Positions 1 through 9,559 are shown, counted from the first letter of the stretch. The stretch: 64,000 nt of DNA from Myxococcota bacterium (GCA_965228475.1 OZ245817.1:3904001-3968000), one strand, 5' to 3'. Made by a program: numbers and translations. The notes: a model not told the origin generated them from the sequence alone.

Positions 1-4
1 CTGG

Positions 5-409
5 GTGCGCTCTCGGTGGGACGCGGAACCCGCCCTCGAGGAGCGGATGGGGTACACGCGCGAGCAGAACCACGAGCACTTCGCGAACGTCGTCGCACGC
101 GAGAACGCGGTCTGGCTCGCGCTCCGCGCTGGCCGGATCGTCGGGCTCATGGCCTACCGGGATGGCCTCGTCGACCAGCTCTTCGTCGAACCGCGCGACC
201 AGCGGACGGGCGTCGGGCTCGCGCTCCTCGAAAGAGCGAAGGCGCTCTCGCCGAAAGGGCTGAAGCTCTACACCCACCAGAGCAACGTCCGCGCGCGCGC
301 CTTCTACGAGAGCCAGGGCTTCGAAGCGATCGCGTTCGGAATCAGCCCGCCGCCCGAGAACGAGCCGGACGTCACCTATGCCTGGGCACCCGGCGCGCCG
401 GCGCGTTAG
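5..409 (+). CDS. GNAT family N-acetyltransferase (probably 5'-truncated by window edge)
   Basis: Motif A LFVEPRDQRTGVGLALL and N..ARAFYESQGF. Confidence 0.85.
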   Translation: MRSRWDAEPALEERMGYTREQNHEHFANVVARENAVWLALRAGRIVGLMAYRDGLVDQLFVEPRDQRTGVGLALLERAKALSPKGLKLYTHQSNVRARAFYESQGFEAIAFGISPPPENEPDVTYAWAPGAPAR

Positions 410-693
410 CGGGCGCTCGGCCCCGGCGAGCCGAAGCGCCGAGCGGCGCGCTCACGGGCCTTCGCGGCCTCGACTTCCCGGTTGCGCGGTGCGGCTTCGG
501 TGACGAGGGAATCGAGCAGCTCGTGCGCCACCTCGGACACCGAGGCGATGGCCTTCTCGAAGGCGGCCTGGTTCGCCCGGGAGGGCCTGTTGAACCCGCT
601 GAGCTTGCGGACGAACTGGAGCGATGCGGCGTGGATCTCGTCCTCGGTGGCCGGCGGATCGAAGTTGTAGAGCGTCTTGATGTTGCGGCACAT
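406..693 (-). CDS. DUF2277 family protein
   Basis: MCRNIKTLYNFDPPATEDEIHAASLQFVRKLSG signature. Confidence 0.9.
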   Translation of the reverse strand: MCRNIKTLYNFDPPATEDEIHAASLQFVRKLSGFNRPSRANQAAFEKAIASVSEVAHELLDSLVTEAAPRNREVEAAKARERAARRFGSPGPSAR

Positions 694-721
694 GGGGGCA
701 CCTCGCGTGGCTTCGGCGATT

Positions 722-1456
722 CTACCGCTGGAGGATCAGGCACGTGTAGCCGTACTCGTCGCCGAAGGTCTCGTAGATCTCCCGTTCGAGCCGGCTCGCG
801 GCGTAGATCTCGCGCTCGCCGTGCCGGGCGACGGCGTCGCGCAGCGAGGCCTCGAGGCCCGCGTAGTACGCGTGCCAGTCGCTCGAAGGCAGGCGGAACG
901 AGCCGAGCTGGTCGTAGCCGACGCTTCGCGCAAGGTCGAAGCGGGTGGCTTCGTCGCGCATGTCCGGGTACTCCGCCGCGAAGAACCGGCGCGCCCGCTC
1001 GCTCGGCTCCTCGACGAACCACACGAGCTCGGTCGCCACGAGGCAGCCGCCGGGCCGCAGGAGGGGCCGCCACCGCCGCAGCGCGTTCTCGAAGCCGATC
1101 GAGTACGCGCTGCCCTCGGCCCACAGCAGATCGAACCCCGTGCCGAAGGAATCGACGTCCGCCATGTCGGCGGCGAGCGTCGTGATGCGGCTGGCCAGGC
1201 CGCGCGCCTCGGCCTGCGCCCGAAGCGTCTCGAGGAACGGCGGGTGGAGGTCGACGGCGGTGACGTGGGCGCCGGTCTCCTCGGCCAGGACGAGCGTCGA
1301 CCCTCCGGTGCCACAGCCCAGGTCGAGCACGCGCTCGATGCCAAGCGAGTCCGGCAACGAACGAAGCGCGCGCCGCGTGGTCTCGACGCTCCCCGGGCCC
1401 TGCCGCGGAGTGCTCTCGTACAGCTCGAAGAAGAGCGCCAGTTCGTCGGGCTTCAC
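722..1456 (-). CDS. Class I SAM-dependent methyltransferase
   Basis: VLDLGCGTG motif I, RQGPGS N-terminal motif; GTG start overlaps upstream stop (GTGA). Confidence 0.88.
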   Translation of the reverse strand: MKPDELALFFELYESTPRQGPGSVETTRRALRSLPDSLGIERVLDLGCGTGGSTLVLAEETGAHVTAVDLHPPFLETLRAQAEARGLASRITTLAADMADVDSFGTGFDLLWAEGSAYSIGFENALRRWRPLLRPGGCLVATELVWFVEEPSERARRFFAAEYPDMRDEATRFDLARSVGYDQLGSFRLPSSDWHAYYAGLEASLRDAVARHGEREIYAASRLEREIYETFGDEYGYTCLILQR

Positions 1457-1836
1457 GGCTTCCCCCTCAGGAGGCCGGAGCGGGCGGCGAGGCAGGCCAC
1501 ACCACAGGCCGCCGCCGCGACGATCAGCAACCGGGAGAGCGACCCATGGAACGTGTAGAGCGGGTCCGAGGACAGCGCGAAGTGGAGCACGGCATGAACG
1601 ATCAGGAAGAAAGCGACCCCCAGCCGCGTCGCGTTTCGGACGCCCTCCTTCGGCGCGTGGCTCATCCACAGGATCGCGAAGAAGAGCGGCACGTGGAGCC
1701 CGACGAACCACTGCGACGCGGCGTCGTCCGGCAGGCTCTTCAGCAAGGGCATCAACCGCCACTCCGAATGCGTGACCGCATCGAGCTCGTGCGTGAAGAG
1801 GCAGGCGAGGCCGAGGTAGTAGAGTGCGATCGCCAC
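1453..1836 (-). CDS. DUF6713-like membrane protein
   Basis: FTHELDAV..EWRL motif, four hydrophobic segments. Confidence 0.75.
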   Translation of the reverse strand: MAIALYYLGLACLFTHELDAVTHSEWRLMPLLKSLPDDAASQWFVGLHVPLFFAILWMSHAPKEGVRNATRLGVAFFLIVHAVLHFALSSDPLYTFHGSLSRLLIVAAAACGVACLAARSGLLRGKP

Positions 1837-1888
1837 GATGCGAACCCCCTGACGGGACCGGCCCTTGGTGGCGGCGCCGGGTGCGGCT

Positions 1889-2299
1889 TCACCGCTTCGT
1901 GTCGAGGACGCGAACGAGATGGCGGAACAGGCCCTTCGAATACCAGACCGATTTCACGCGGGCGAAGGCATCGAGCGCGGGGTCGTGCTCCTCCGGGATC
2001 TCCTGCTTCGGCAGGAAGACGCCCCGGCACTTGGTGCAGCGCAGCACCGAGAGCCCACCCACCTCGCCGGAGACCAGCGTGTCCGCCCGGCACTGGGGGC
2101 ACGCTGCGCAAGGCTCCGAGAGCTCCTTGAAGCCGAGGGCCGGAGCCTGGCCACCGGCGGAACGCGCCTGGGCCGAGCGGAACGCCGTCATCTCGCCTTC
2201 GTCGAACCAGATCCCCTCGCAGGACTCGCACTGGTCGAGGTAGACGCCGAGCGCCCGCACGGGCTTCAGGTGGTGGTCGGAGCAGGAAGGGCAGTCCAT
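1889..2299 (-). CDS. Double zinc-ribbon (zf-TFIIB-like) protein
   Basis: CPSC...DQCESCEGIWFDEGE and CPQC...CTKCRGVFL. Confidence 0.8.
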   Translation of the reverse strand: MDCPSCSDHHLKPVRALGVYLDQCESCEGIWFDEGEMTAFRSAQARSAGGQAPALGFKELSEPCAACPQCRADTLVSGEVGGLSVLRCTKCRGVFLPKQEIPEEHDPALDAFARVKSVWYSKGLFRHLVRVLDTKR

Positions 2300-2324
2300 C
2301 GGGTCGAAACTACCTGGCGATGCG

Positions 2325-2425
2325 GGCCTTCGGCAAAGCTCCGAGCGCTGCCTCTCAGCGCTGGCCCCGCCGTGCCCGCTGCAAAATCCTACCACGCTGA
2401 TCTGAACCCGAGTACAGGGCGCCCG
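2325..2425 (-). repeat. Degenerate attC remnant (type A)
   Basis: ggccttcggc..gagcgctgcctctcagcgctg..aaaatcctaccacgc aligns by eye with the attC at 8628-8761; cores lost. Confidence 0.65.
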
Positions 2426-2453
2426 CCCTTTGCCTCGCCGCCCTGCCCGCGCG

Positions 2454-2666
2454 CTAGCGGGGCTGGAGCGGCGCTGCGGACGACGCGTGGGAGGTCAGGC
2501 AGTACCGGCCGAGGGTCGCGGCCGTGGTGACGCTGCCGACCGCTGCGAACACCGCCAGGAGCGCGATCGCCGCCGCGCGCATCGGCCACGGGAGCCGGCG
2601 GGGCCGCGCGGTGAACGAGCTCGGGTACTCGACGATCCCGACCGGGTTGACGCGAGGAAGTTCCAT
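2454..2666 (-). CDS. Small hypothetical membrane protein
   Basis: 70-aa ORF with one hydrophobic segment, fills the gap between same-strand genes. Confidence 0.45.
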   Translation of the reverse strand: MELPRVNPVGIVEYPSSFTARPRRLPWPMRAAAIALLAVFAAVGSVTTAATLGRYCLTSHASSAAPLQPR

Positions 2667-2736
2667 GGCAGTTGGATGCCCGAGGCCACGGCTCCGTTTC
2701 GCGGCGTCGAGCGGCCGGGGAACACGCGCTCGCCCT

Positions 2737-3207
2737 TCAGGGGCTCTCTTCAGTACGCGCGAGGGCGAGCCGCTCGTCGACCACCGCGGCGAATCCGGGG
2801 TCGAAGGCACCGCGCTGCCGCGTCCACCAGGACCGCGTGGCCGGCATCAGGAAGGCCTGGTCGATGTCCGAGAGGTACTTCTCGCCCATGAACGAATCCA
2901 CCTCACGGGCCAGGTAGCCGAGGTGGATCCGGTTGAAGAAGGCGAAGCACAGCATCCCGAAGTGTTCGCGATCGTCCTCGGTCATCTCATCGGGGGACTG
3001 CATCGCGCGGCGCCAAACCCGGTAGAGCTCCGGGTTGGTCTGCACCTGCTCGAAGATCCCCCGGATCCCGGCCACGTAGTTCTCGTGCAGCGTGAAGCGC
3101 ACCACGTGGCTGTTCTGACGGATCTGCACGGCCAGATAGACCAGCGACCCGATCACGCCGATCGCACCGGCCAGCTCGGCGAGGGCCCCCACTGCATCCC
3201 AGTTCAT
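2737..3207 (-). CDS. Hypothetical protein with N-terminal TM helix (MNWDAVGALAE...SLVYLAVQIRQN type)
   Basis: Recognisable conserved N-terminus; ATG lies 7 nt after a TGGTAGGAT motif. Confidence 0.8.
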   Translation of the reverse strand: MNWDAVGALAELAGAIGVIGSLVYLAVQIRQNSHVVRFTLHENYVAGIRGIFEQVQTNPELYRVWRRAMQSPDEMTEDDREHFGMLCFAFFNRIHLGYLAREVDSFMGEKYLSDIDQAFLMPATRSWWTRQRGAFDPGFAAVVDERLALARTEESP

Positions 3208-3244
3208 GCGGAGGATCCTACCACGGCGTTTCGGGCGACCGGCG

Positions 3245-3622
3245 TCAGGCGGGGGCCGAGAAGCACAGGATGTACCCGTCCGGGTCCTCGACATAGAAGT
3301 CGCGGCGGCCCCAGGGCCGGACCTCGACGCGGCGCAGGATCCGCGCGCCTCGCCCGACGAACTCGTCGCACAGCGCGTCGACGCCGGTTGTGTCGAAGTA
3401 GACGTCGAGATGCTCGTGCTCCCTCCGATGCTCCCGGTCGGCGGTGAGCTTCCGCGCCTGCTTCAGATGGACCGTCCCGCCCTCTCGCGTCACGCTCGCG
3501 TAGAACTCTTCGTAGACGAAATCCACCGAGAACCCGAGCACATCCTCGTAGAAGCGCAGCGATCGGCCGAGGTCATCGACGAGGAGCTGGGCTGCCGCGG
3601 TAGTGATCCTCGGATCAGACAT
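3245..3622 (-). CDS. VOC/glyoxalase family protein
   Basis: VDDLGRSLRFYEDVLGF ... PWGRRDFYVEDPDGY. Confidence 0.92.
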   Translation of the reverse strand: MSDPRITTAAAQLLVDDLGRSLRFYEDVLGFSVDFVYEEFYASVTREGGTVHLKQARKLTADREHRREHEHLDVYFDTTGVDALCDEFVGRGARILRRVEVRPWGRRDFYVEDPDGYILCFSAPA

Positions 3623-3648
3623 CTGGCATCGACTCCGTCAGAGCAACG

Positions 3649-4386
3649 CTAACTCGCGCCACGGTAGACCGAGATCTCCACCGCATCTGGCAGATCGCTG
3701 TACTCGATGCGGGCGGTGCGGTGCTCGGAATCGTAGCGCCCGCAGGTGCGGACGTACTCGAGGTACGGCTCGGCGCCGAACATCTCGCCGACGTTGTCGG
3801 CCACCACGATGCTCCCCTCGCGCAGGAGCCCGCGCTCCTCGAGGAGCCGGAGGTCCTTCTCGTAGAGATCCTTCCAGTGGTCGAGGAAGACGAGATCGAA
3901 GGTGCCCTCGAGCGTTCCGATGACCTTCGACGAGGACCCTTCGAGGATCTCGACCCGGCCGGCGTATCCCGCGTAGGCGACGTTCGCGCGAGAAGCACGG
4001 ACCGAATCCGCGTTCACCTCGATCGAAGTGAGCCGGCCCTCCGGCCCGAGCTCGCCGGCGATCATGATTGCGGAGTAGCCGCAGTACGCCCCGAGCTCGA
4101 GCACCCGCGCGTTCGCCGGAAGGCGCCCGATCAGCTCCGCCATGAGCGGCCCCTTCTCCGGCCCGACATTCATGAGGAACCGCCGCTCACGAGCGAACCG
4201 ATCCATCGCCCGCAGCACGCCCTCCGGGTCGCCCTCCTCCGCGTTCTCCTCGACGAACCGGCGAACCTGCTCGACCCGCGGCGGCGCGCCGGTCACGAGA
4301 TCCGCCACGAACTCATATGCGCGGCGGGCCGTCCACGGGAGGGCTTTCGGGGAAAGGAAACGGGCGAGGTTCAGAAGCTGTGCCAT
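3649..4386 (-). CDS. Catechol O-methyltransferase-like protein
   Basis: LMNVGPEKG, VLELGAYCGYS, FLDHWKDLY, VVADNV motifs. Confidence 0.92.
   Translation of the reverse strand: MAQLLNLARFLSPKALPWTARRAYEFVADLVTGAPPRVEQVRRFVEENAEEGDPEGVLRAMDRFARERRFLMNVGPEKGPLMAELIGRLPANARVLELGAYCGYSAIMIAGELGPEGRLTSIEVNADSVRASRANVAYAGYAGRVEILEGSSSKVIGTLEGTFDLVFLDHWKDLYEKDLRLLEERGLLREGSIVVADNVGEMFGAEPYLEYVRTCGRYDSEHRTARIEYSDLPDAVEISVYRGAS
4357..4382. repeat. 26-bp direct repeat, copy 1 (within 5' end of the O-methyltransferase gene)
   Basis: gaaacgggcgaggttcagaagctgtg; 25/26 identical to 5986-6011. Confidence 0.85.
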
Positions 4387-4551
4387 GGGTGCACCTCGCT
4401 GGCTGCAAGAGCGCGGTCGGGTCAGGAAGACACGGAAACCCTACCACGACACGCAGGATCCAAGTCGACGTCGCCCGCTGTTGCATTCCTCGCCGGCCAC
4501 CTTCGGAAGAGGGCGTCTTCCCGGGAGCTTCGTGTGATAGTTTGATCAACC

Positions 4552-5949
4552 GTGCGGCACCTCATCGCAAGCCTCGTGTGCCTCTTCCTCGTACCCGACC
4601 TCGGGCAGAACAGGCCCGTGTGGCCCTCAGCCGAAGCGGCCCCGGCATCGACTCCGAACGCTCGTGAGGCTCCCGAGGTATTGGAGCTCCGAGCCGGCGT
4701 AGACGCCGGCGACCCCTCTGCAATGTTGAAGCTCGCGCTGCATCTACTGAAGGGGAACCCATCGCAGCAGGCCGAGGGATTCTCTCTTCTCGAAGCCGCA
4801 GCGCAATCTGGATTGGCGCCGGCCCAGCTTCTGCTGGGAGAGCTGCACATCCTGGGGCGTGCGCCGAGCGCGGAGCCCGAGCAGGCGTTCCGCTGGATGC
4901 GAAGGGCCGCCGATCAGGGCCTCGTCGAGGCCGAGTTCCAGATGGGCCAGATGTACTACCAGGGCTTCGGAACCTCGCAGGACCGCGCCGCCTCGGTCGA
5001 GTGGTATCGGAAGGCCGCCGCGCGCGGCCATGCTGGAGCGACGAATGCTCTCGGCGTGCTCCTATCCACCGACGAGGTATTCATCAAGGATCGGACAGAG
5101 GCCGCACGCTTGTACAGAGTCGCGGCCGAGTCCGGGGATGCCGTCGGCCAGTTCAACCTGGCGAAGCGGCTCGCCGACGGCGACGGCGTGAAGAAGGACC
5201 CTGCGCGCGCCACCTACTGGTTTCACCAGGCGGCTCAGCGGGGCCATGTCGCCGCCCAGTACGACCTGGGCCTCCGCTACCTCGACGGGATTGGAACGAC
5301 CCAAGATGTCGAGGAGGGTCGGTCTTGGCTCGAGCGCGCCGGCGACGCGGGCTTCGGGCCGGCGTATCGCGCCATCGCATACCGACTTCTGGCGTCACCA
5401 GCGACCCGCGCGAGCGCGGCCGAGTGGTTCGAACGCGGGGCCGAAGCGGGCGACGCACACTCGCAGATCGCCGTCGTCGAAGCACGGATCCGGGGAGAGA
5501 TCGAGCCTGAAGACCCCGCCGACGATCTACGGAAGATCTTGGCCCTTGCCGATGCGGGCGACCTCTCCGCCATGATCACGATGTCCATGGCCCACTACAA
5601 AGGCTACGGCGTCACCCAGGACCCACTGTCAGCATTCTCTTGGGCGCAGCGCGCAGCACTCGGTGGCCTCGCCCGCGGAGAGTCGATGCTTGGGATGTAC
5701 TACGGGAAGGGAATTGGCGTCCAAGCCGATCCGAAGAAGGCAGTCGAGTGGTACCGCAAGGCCGCTGCCCAGGGGGAGCCCAACGCCCAGTACTCACTTG
5801 GGGTTCACCACCTTCTCGGGAAACACGTCCGCAAGAACCCCAAGAGAGGCATCGCGTTGCTGGAGGCGGCAGCGAAGCAAGGCAACGCCGAGGCGGCCGC
5901 GGTGCTGGAGAAGCTGAGGCGGCGCCAGCGCTCCGGCGCCGCACGCTAA
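4552..5949 (+). CDS. Sel1-like repeat (SLR) exported protein
   Basis: Signal-like N-terminus and ~10 repeats of AQ..LG..Y..G.G..QD...A..WYRKAA. Confidence 0.93.
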   Translation: MRHLIASLVCLFLVPDLGQNRPVWPSAEAAPASTPNAREAPEVLELRAGVDAGDPSAMLKLALHLLKGNPSQQAEGFSLLEAAAQSGLAPAQLLLGELHILGRAPSAEPEQAFRWMRRAADQGLVEAEFQMGQMYYQGFGTSQDRAASVEWYRKAAARGHAGATNALGVLLSTDEVFIKDRTEAARLYRVAAESGDAVGQFNLAKRLADGDGVKKDPARATYWFHQAAQRGHVAAQYDLGLRYLDGIGTTQDVEEGRSWLERAGDAGFGPAYRAIAYRLLASPATRASAAEWFERGAEAGDAHSQIAVVEARIRGEIEPEDPADDLRKILALADAGDLSAMITMSMAHYKGYGVTQDPLSAFSWAQRAALGGLARGESMLGMYYGKGIGVQADPKKAVEWYRKAAAQGEPNAQYSLGVHHLLGKHVRKNPKRGIALLEAAAKQGNAEAAAVLEKLRRRQRSGAAR

Positions 5950-5985
5950 GGCCGGTTCTCCGCTAGCAGAGTCGGAACTTCAAGA

Positions 5986-6011
5986 GAAACGGGCGAGGTT
6001 CAGGAGCTGTG
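5986..6011. repeat. 26-bp direct repeat, copy 2
   Basis: gaaacgggcgaggttcaggagctgtg. Confidence 0.85.
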
Positions 6012-6042
6012 TCGAGGCTTCACGCTCTGCCTTCGGAGCAGG

Positions 6043-6504
6043 TTAGACACCGTAGTAGCCCAGGAGGAGACCGTTGAGCCAGCGGCCGAACAGGAAGCCC
6101 ACGGCCACCAAGCCGAGATTGAGCAACGCGTAGCTCGCGCGCGCCCACCCGGGCGGCACGGCGCGGGCCGATACCAGGGTCGCGAGGGCGAAGAAGAACC
6201 ATGCCCCGGTGCAGACGAGAAGCGGCTTCCCGAGAAGAAACATCAGAGGCAGGTCGTGGAAGACCAGACCAGAGGAGAGAAAGGTGATCACGACGGCCAG
6301 CGGCCGATTCTCGCGGCCGCCGAGCGTCCGATAGAGACGATGAAGCACGAATCCGGCGAGAGGACTCCACGTGCGCCAGAAGTTGTGGAACCCCGGCTCG
6401 AACCAACAGTCGACGAACATGCGCCGGATCACCCGAAGAGGAGGCATCGAGGCGGGGTAGCCCCGAGCCTCGAGGTATTCCTGGTAGGACGGCGCGGAGG
6501 TCAT
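6043..6504 (-). CDS. Membrane protein, MBOAT acyltransferase-like fragment
   Basis: FHNFWRTWSP and TFLSSGLVFHD resemble MBOAT motifs; several TM segments. Confidence 0.6.
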   Translation of the reverse strand: MTSAPSYQEYLEARGYPASMPPLRVIRRMFVDCWFEPGFHNFWRTWSPLAGFVLHRLYRTLGGRENRPLAVVITFLSSGLVFHDLPLMFLLGKPLLVCTGAWFFFALATLVSARAVPPGWARASYALLNLGLVAVGFLFGRWLNGLLLGYYGV

Positions 6505-6530
6505 CGAGAACTCGCTCGGCTCGGCGGCAG

Positions 6531-6893
6531 CTAGTGAGCGGCCGAGACTTCGTCCAGATAGAAGACGTTCCCGTCCGGATCGGCGAAGAGCGCCAGGTAC
6601 CCGCCCCACGGCTGACGGGTAGGCGGCATCGGAAAGGCAACGCCGGCCGACGAGAGACGTTCGAACTCGGCATCGAGGTCAGCGACCGCGAACCCGACGC
6701 CGGTGTGGCGACCCACCCAATCCGCCTGCTCCGCCCCCGCCACCGCCAGCCCCAGGTGCACGGGCCCCGCAGAAAGAGAGGCGTAACCGTGCCCCGTATC
6801 CGAGTGGGCAACCCGCAGGCCGAGCTTCGACTCGTAGAACCGGAGCGCCCGGTCGAGATCCGAGACGAAGACGTTGACGTAGGCGATCTTCAT
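6531..6893 (-). CDS. VOC/glyoxalase family protein
   Basis: VNVFVSDLDRALRFY ... QPWGGYLALFADPDGN. Confidence 0.92.
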   Translation of the reverse strand: MKIAYVNVFVSDLDRALRFYESKLGLRVAHSDTGHGYASLSAGPVHLGLAVAGAEQADWVGRHTGVGFAVADLDAEFERLSSAGVAFPMPPTRQPWGGYLALFADPDGNVFYLDEVSAAH

Positions 6894-6897
6894 GTCC

Positions 6898-7007
6898 GGC
6901 TCCTGTGATCTGCACCACCAGCGCCGCGCCACTTTGTCCAACGCCAGAACTCTACCACCCGGCGTTCGGGCACGACGCCTGGCCCCTGCTGATAGCCATT
7001 GCTAGGC
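6898..7007 (-). repeat. Degenerate attC (type A)
   Basis: acgccagaactctaccac...ctgctgatagccattgctaggc matches the corresponding half of the 10282-10415 site. Confidence 0.75.
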
Positions 7008-7307
7008 AGCCGGACTCTCCGGCTCCGAACCCGCGAAACGACGAACCTGGCGAAGAACCCAGCGACCATCGGAAATGAGGTAGCGACCCAAGAAGAAGAG
7101 CAAGGCGCACTTCACCGCGTTGAATGCGAGGGACGCAAGCATCTGGGAGAGTGGAGTGACCCCAGGGTGACTCTCCGGAGATGCCACAGCGGCATAGGCG
7201 ATGCTGGGCAACCACGCGACGGCGTTGACCGCAGAAAACGCAGCCTGGAGCCAGGCGTAGAGGCCCAGGACTCGTATCGCGACCTCGAGATAGTCATTGC
7301 GAGTCAA
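7002..7307 (-). CDS. Cassette-encoded small membrane protein
   Basis: TTG start, two hydrophobic segments, stop inside attC R'' core. Confidence 0.65.
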   Translation of the reverse strand: MTRNDYLEVAIRVLGLYAWLQAAFSAVNAVAWLPSIAYAAVASPESHPGVTPLSQMLASLAFNAVKCALLFFLGRYLISDGRWVLRQVRRFAGSEPESPAA

Positions 7308-7339
7308 TGGATCTTCCCGCCGGGCCGTCTTCGGCTTGC

Positions 7340-7400
7340 TGCAATCCACCGCTGCGCCACCGAGACGCGCCAACAGAATGGTATCACGGCGCAACGGAAC
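7340..7400 (-). repeat. Highly eroded attC remnant
   Basis: ccgagacgcgccaacagaatggtatcacgg resembles ccgagaccgacgccagaatcctaccacgc of intact sites. Confidence 0.45.
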
Positions 7401-7410
7401 CCATGCGATC

Positions 7411-7935
7411 TCAGCGACGGAGCCTGAAGTGCCCCTCCCGGAGGCCCGACTCTGCGGCACGCAGCACCTCCTCTTCGCTTCGACCAAGTGTGCTGATGAC
7501 ATGCGACTCGTACTCGCCCAGCTCCGCGAAGGCGGCGACCGTCGGCCGCACTCGAGCACTCGCACCGACCCCCTGGCGCTCTCGAACCCGACGTAGCGCC
7601 TCTGCCTCAGGGACGCGGAGCACCAGGTATGACGCGTCGATATCAGGGGGTAGCTCCGCCATGACTACGGGGAGAAACCACGGGCCGAAGATGCCGTCCA
7701 GCACGACCAGATACCCACCCTCGAGAAATGCACTTGCCGCCCTCGCGGTCGCGCGGACGATCGTAGTGTTCTGGGCGTGAGATTCGGGCTTCGTTGGCTC
7801 GATGAAATGAGCTGGGAAGCCATAGAACGTGTCGCCAGTGAGATGCAGTCCTTGCGGGTGGGCCTTTGAAATCGATGCGGAGAGTGTCGTCTTGCCGGCG
7901 CCGGGGCAGCCCGACACGATGATGAGGGAAGCCAT
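7411..7935 (-). CDS. P-loop NTPase/kinase (AAA_33-like)
   Basis: IIVSGCPGAGKTT Walker A; VVLDG. Confidence 0.88.
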   Translation of the reverse strand: MASLIIVSGCPGAGKTTLSASISKAHPQGLHLTGDTFYGFPAHFIEPTKPESHAQNTTIVRATARAASAFLEGGYLVVLDGIFGPWFLPVVMAELPPDIDASYLVLRVPEAEALRRVRERQGVGASARVRPTVAAFAELGEYESHVISTLGRSEEEVLRAAESGLREGHFRLRR

Positions 7936-8021
7936 TCGTACCTCGGGTCTGGAGTACGGGTCAGGTCGAGCGAGATGAAGGACCTGGCTTCCTAGTTCAT
8001 TGTCGGCTCTCGGTTCGCTTC

Positions 8022-8099
8022 GTCACCCAAGCGGGAATCCAGAAGTCTACCAAGCAGGAGTGCAGACGCGGTGGTCGTCAGCTGCAACCCTTGTCAGGC
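8022..8099 (-). repeat. Truncated attC (type B, R' half missing)
   Basis: ...ggtcgtcagctgcaacccttgtcaggc matches the end of 13736-13864. Confidence 0.75.
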
Positions 8100-8633
8100 G
8101 GCAGGCCCCTGAGAGCGCGCCTCGACCAGGATCGCGACGAACGCGTATCCGGCCATCAGAAGGAGGAATACCAAATTGAGGAGGTAGGAAAAGAACAGCC
8201 ACGGCGAGAAGAAGCCTGCGACGGTGAGGAACTGAGCGAGAACCAGGGAGATTCCGATGACGTGTACAGCCATGAGCGGCCCCGACCGGCCGATCTGGCG
8301 CTCGCCTCGCAGGTTGACGCGCCAGCGCGCCCGAGAGTGGGCGACGATGATGGCGAGATGATAGGAGCCCAGGAGCAGGCCCGAGACGCGCCATGCGTGC
8401 GTCGGCTCCAAGTGACTCGCACGCGCAAGGTCAGGGACGAAACCAAAGACGACAACCCCCAGGCTGCATCCCAGAAGTGCGATGAGCGCCGGAGCGTCGT
8501 CCGGCTGCCAGGCTCCGTTCTCGCGCCCTCCGAGCACCATGACGACACCGGTGAATCCGGCGAACGCGATGGCGACCTCGGCCAAAGAATGGAGGATGTC
8601 CTGATGCTCCAGAATCCCGCTCCTGCCGCCCAA
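8094..8633 (-). CDS. Cassette-encoded multi-pass membrane protein (start uncertain)
   Basis: LAEVAIAFAGFTGVV motif, ~5 TM segments, stop inside attC core. Confidence 0.8.
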   Translation of the reverse strand: MGGRSGILEHQDILHSLAEVAIAFAGFTGVVMVLGGRENGAWQPDDAPALIALLGCSLGVVVFGFVPDLARASHLEPTHAWRVSGLLLGSYHLAIIVAHSRARWRVNLRGERQIGRSGPLMAVHVIGISLVLAQFLTVAGFFSPWLFFSYLLNLVFLLLMAGYAFVAILVEARSQGPAA

Positions 8634-8761
8634 CGGATCAGGCCTTCAGCAGCGCCGAGGGTGCTGACACTCAGCGCTGCACCACCGTGGCCGATGCCAG
8701 AATCCTACCACGCCGCATTCGAGCCCAAGCCCTTGGCGTCCGCTGCAAGGCATCGTTAGGC
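8628..8761 (-). repeat. attC site (type A, both cores canonical)
   Basis: Minus strand GCCTAAC...TTGCAGCGG...GCTGAAG...GTTGGGC imperfect palindrome. Confidence 0.93.
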
Positions 8762-8780
8762 GGCGGGCGTTGACCACGAA

Positions 8781-9545
8781 TCAACCTTCGATGTACTCCT
8801 CGATGGTTTCCTTGTTCTTTCGAAGTGCTGCCTGGAGTTCTTCGGGCTCAGTTCCCTCGATTCGTCGGTCAAGTTCCTCCGCCACCCCTTCGACGAGCGG
8901 GTTGAACTCAACGATGTTCCAGATCCCGTGTGAAATGTTCGCGCCAAGGACACCTGCGGAGGTGCATGCGACAAGAAAGCCCCAGGAATATGAATACGTT
9001 CCGTACTCGAGCTTCTCGCAGAGTTCCTTCAGATCAAACGCTACCTTCCGCTGGTAGGCCACGTGGCACGCGTACAAGGTCTGAAGACCATTCGACGAAG
9101 CAGCCTCCAGGAACGAGCTGAGAGGCTCGGTCTTCGTGCCCTCGTCGCTCACAGAGCCGACTGGCCGAGACCCTGCCTCTGTCGACAAGCCCTTGATTAG
9201 GGTCTGAGTCTCATCGACCCGCTCCCCAACACGTTCGATCATGCTCGGAAGGGTTTCGACCTTGCGAGTCAGCTCGTCGGAGGCTTCGGACACTCGCTCT
9301 GCCGTTCCGGACAGAAGCCGGGAAGCGCCATCGAGCGTGGCAACATTCTGGGAGAAAGAAGTGTTGGAATACATCGAGTAGGCGATCGCCAACAGGGCAA
9401 GAACCAGCGACGTGACAGTCAGTGCGAACGTGATGTAGTCGACGAGTCGCGGCACGGCGCTCCACTCGATAGTGACCAGAGCAATGATGGCTAGTACCAA
9501 GATCGATACGATGTAGAACGCGTGGATCTTGTACTTCGTTTCCAT
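8781..9545 (-). CDS. Cassette-encoded protein with 2 TM helices, coiled coil and C-terminal domain
   Basis: METKYKIHAF start; two hydrophobic helices followed by a heptad-rich region. Confidence 0.8.
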   Translation of the reverse strand: METKYKIHAFYIVSILVLAIIALVTIEWSAVPRLVDYITFALTVTSLVLALLAIAYSMYSNTSFSQNVATLDGASRLLSGTAERVSEASDELTRKVETLPSMIERVGERVDETQTLIKGLSTEAGSRPVGSVSDEGTKTEPLSSFLEAASSNGLQTLYACHVAYQRKVAFDLKELCEKLEYGTYSYSWGFLVACTSAGVLGANISHGIWNIVEFNPLVEGVAEELDRRIEGTEPEELQAALRKNKETIEEYIEG

Positions 9546-9559
9546 CGATGTTCCCTGCC

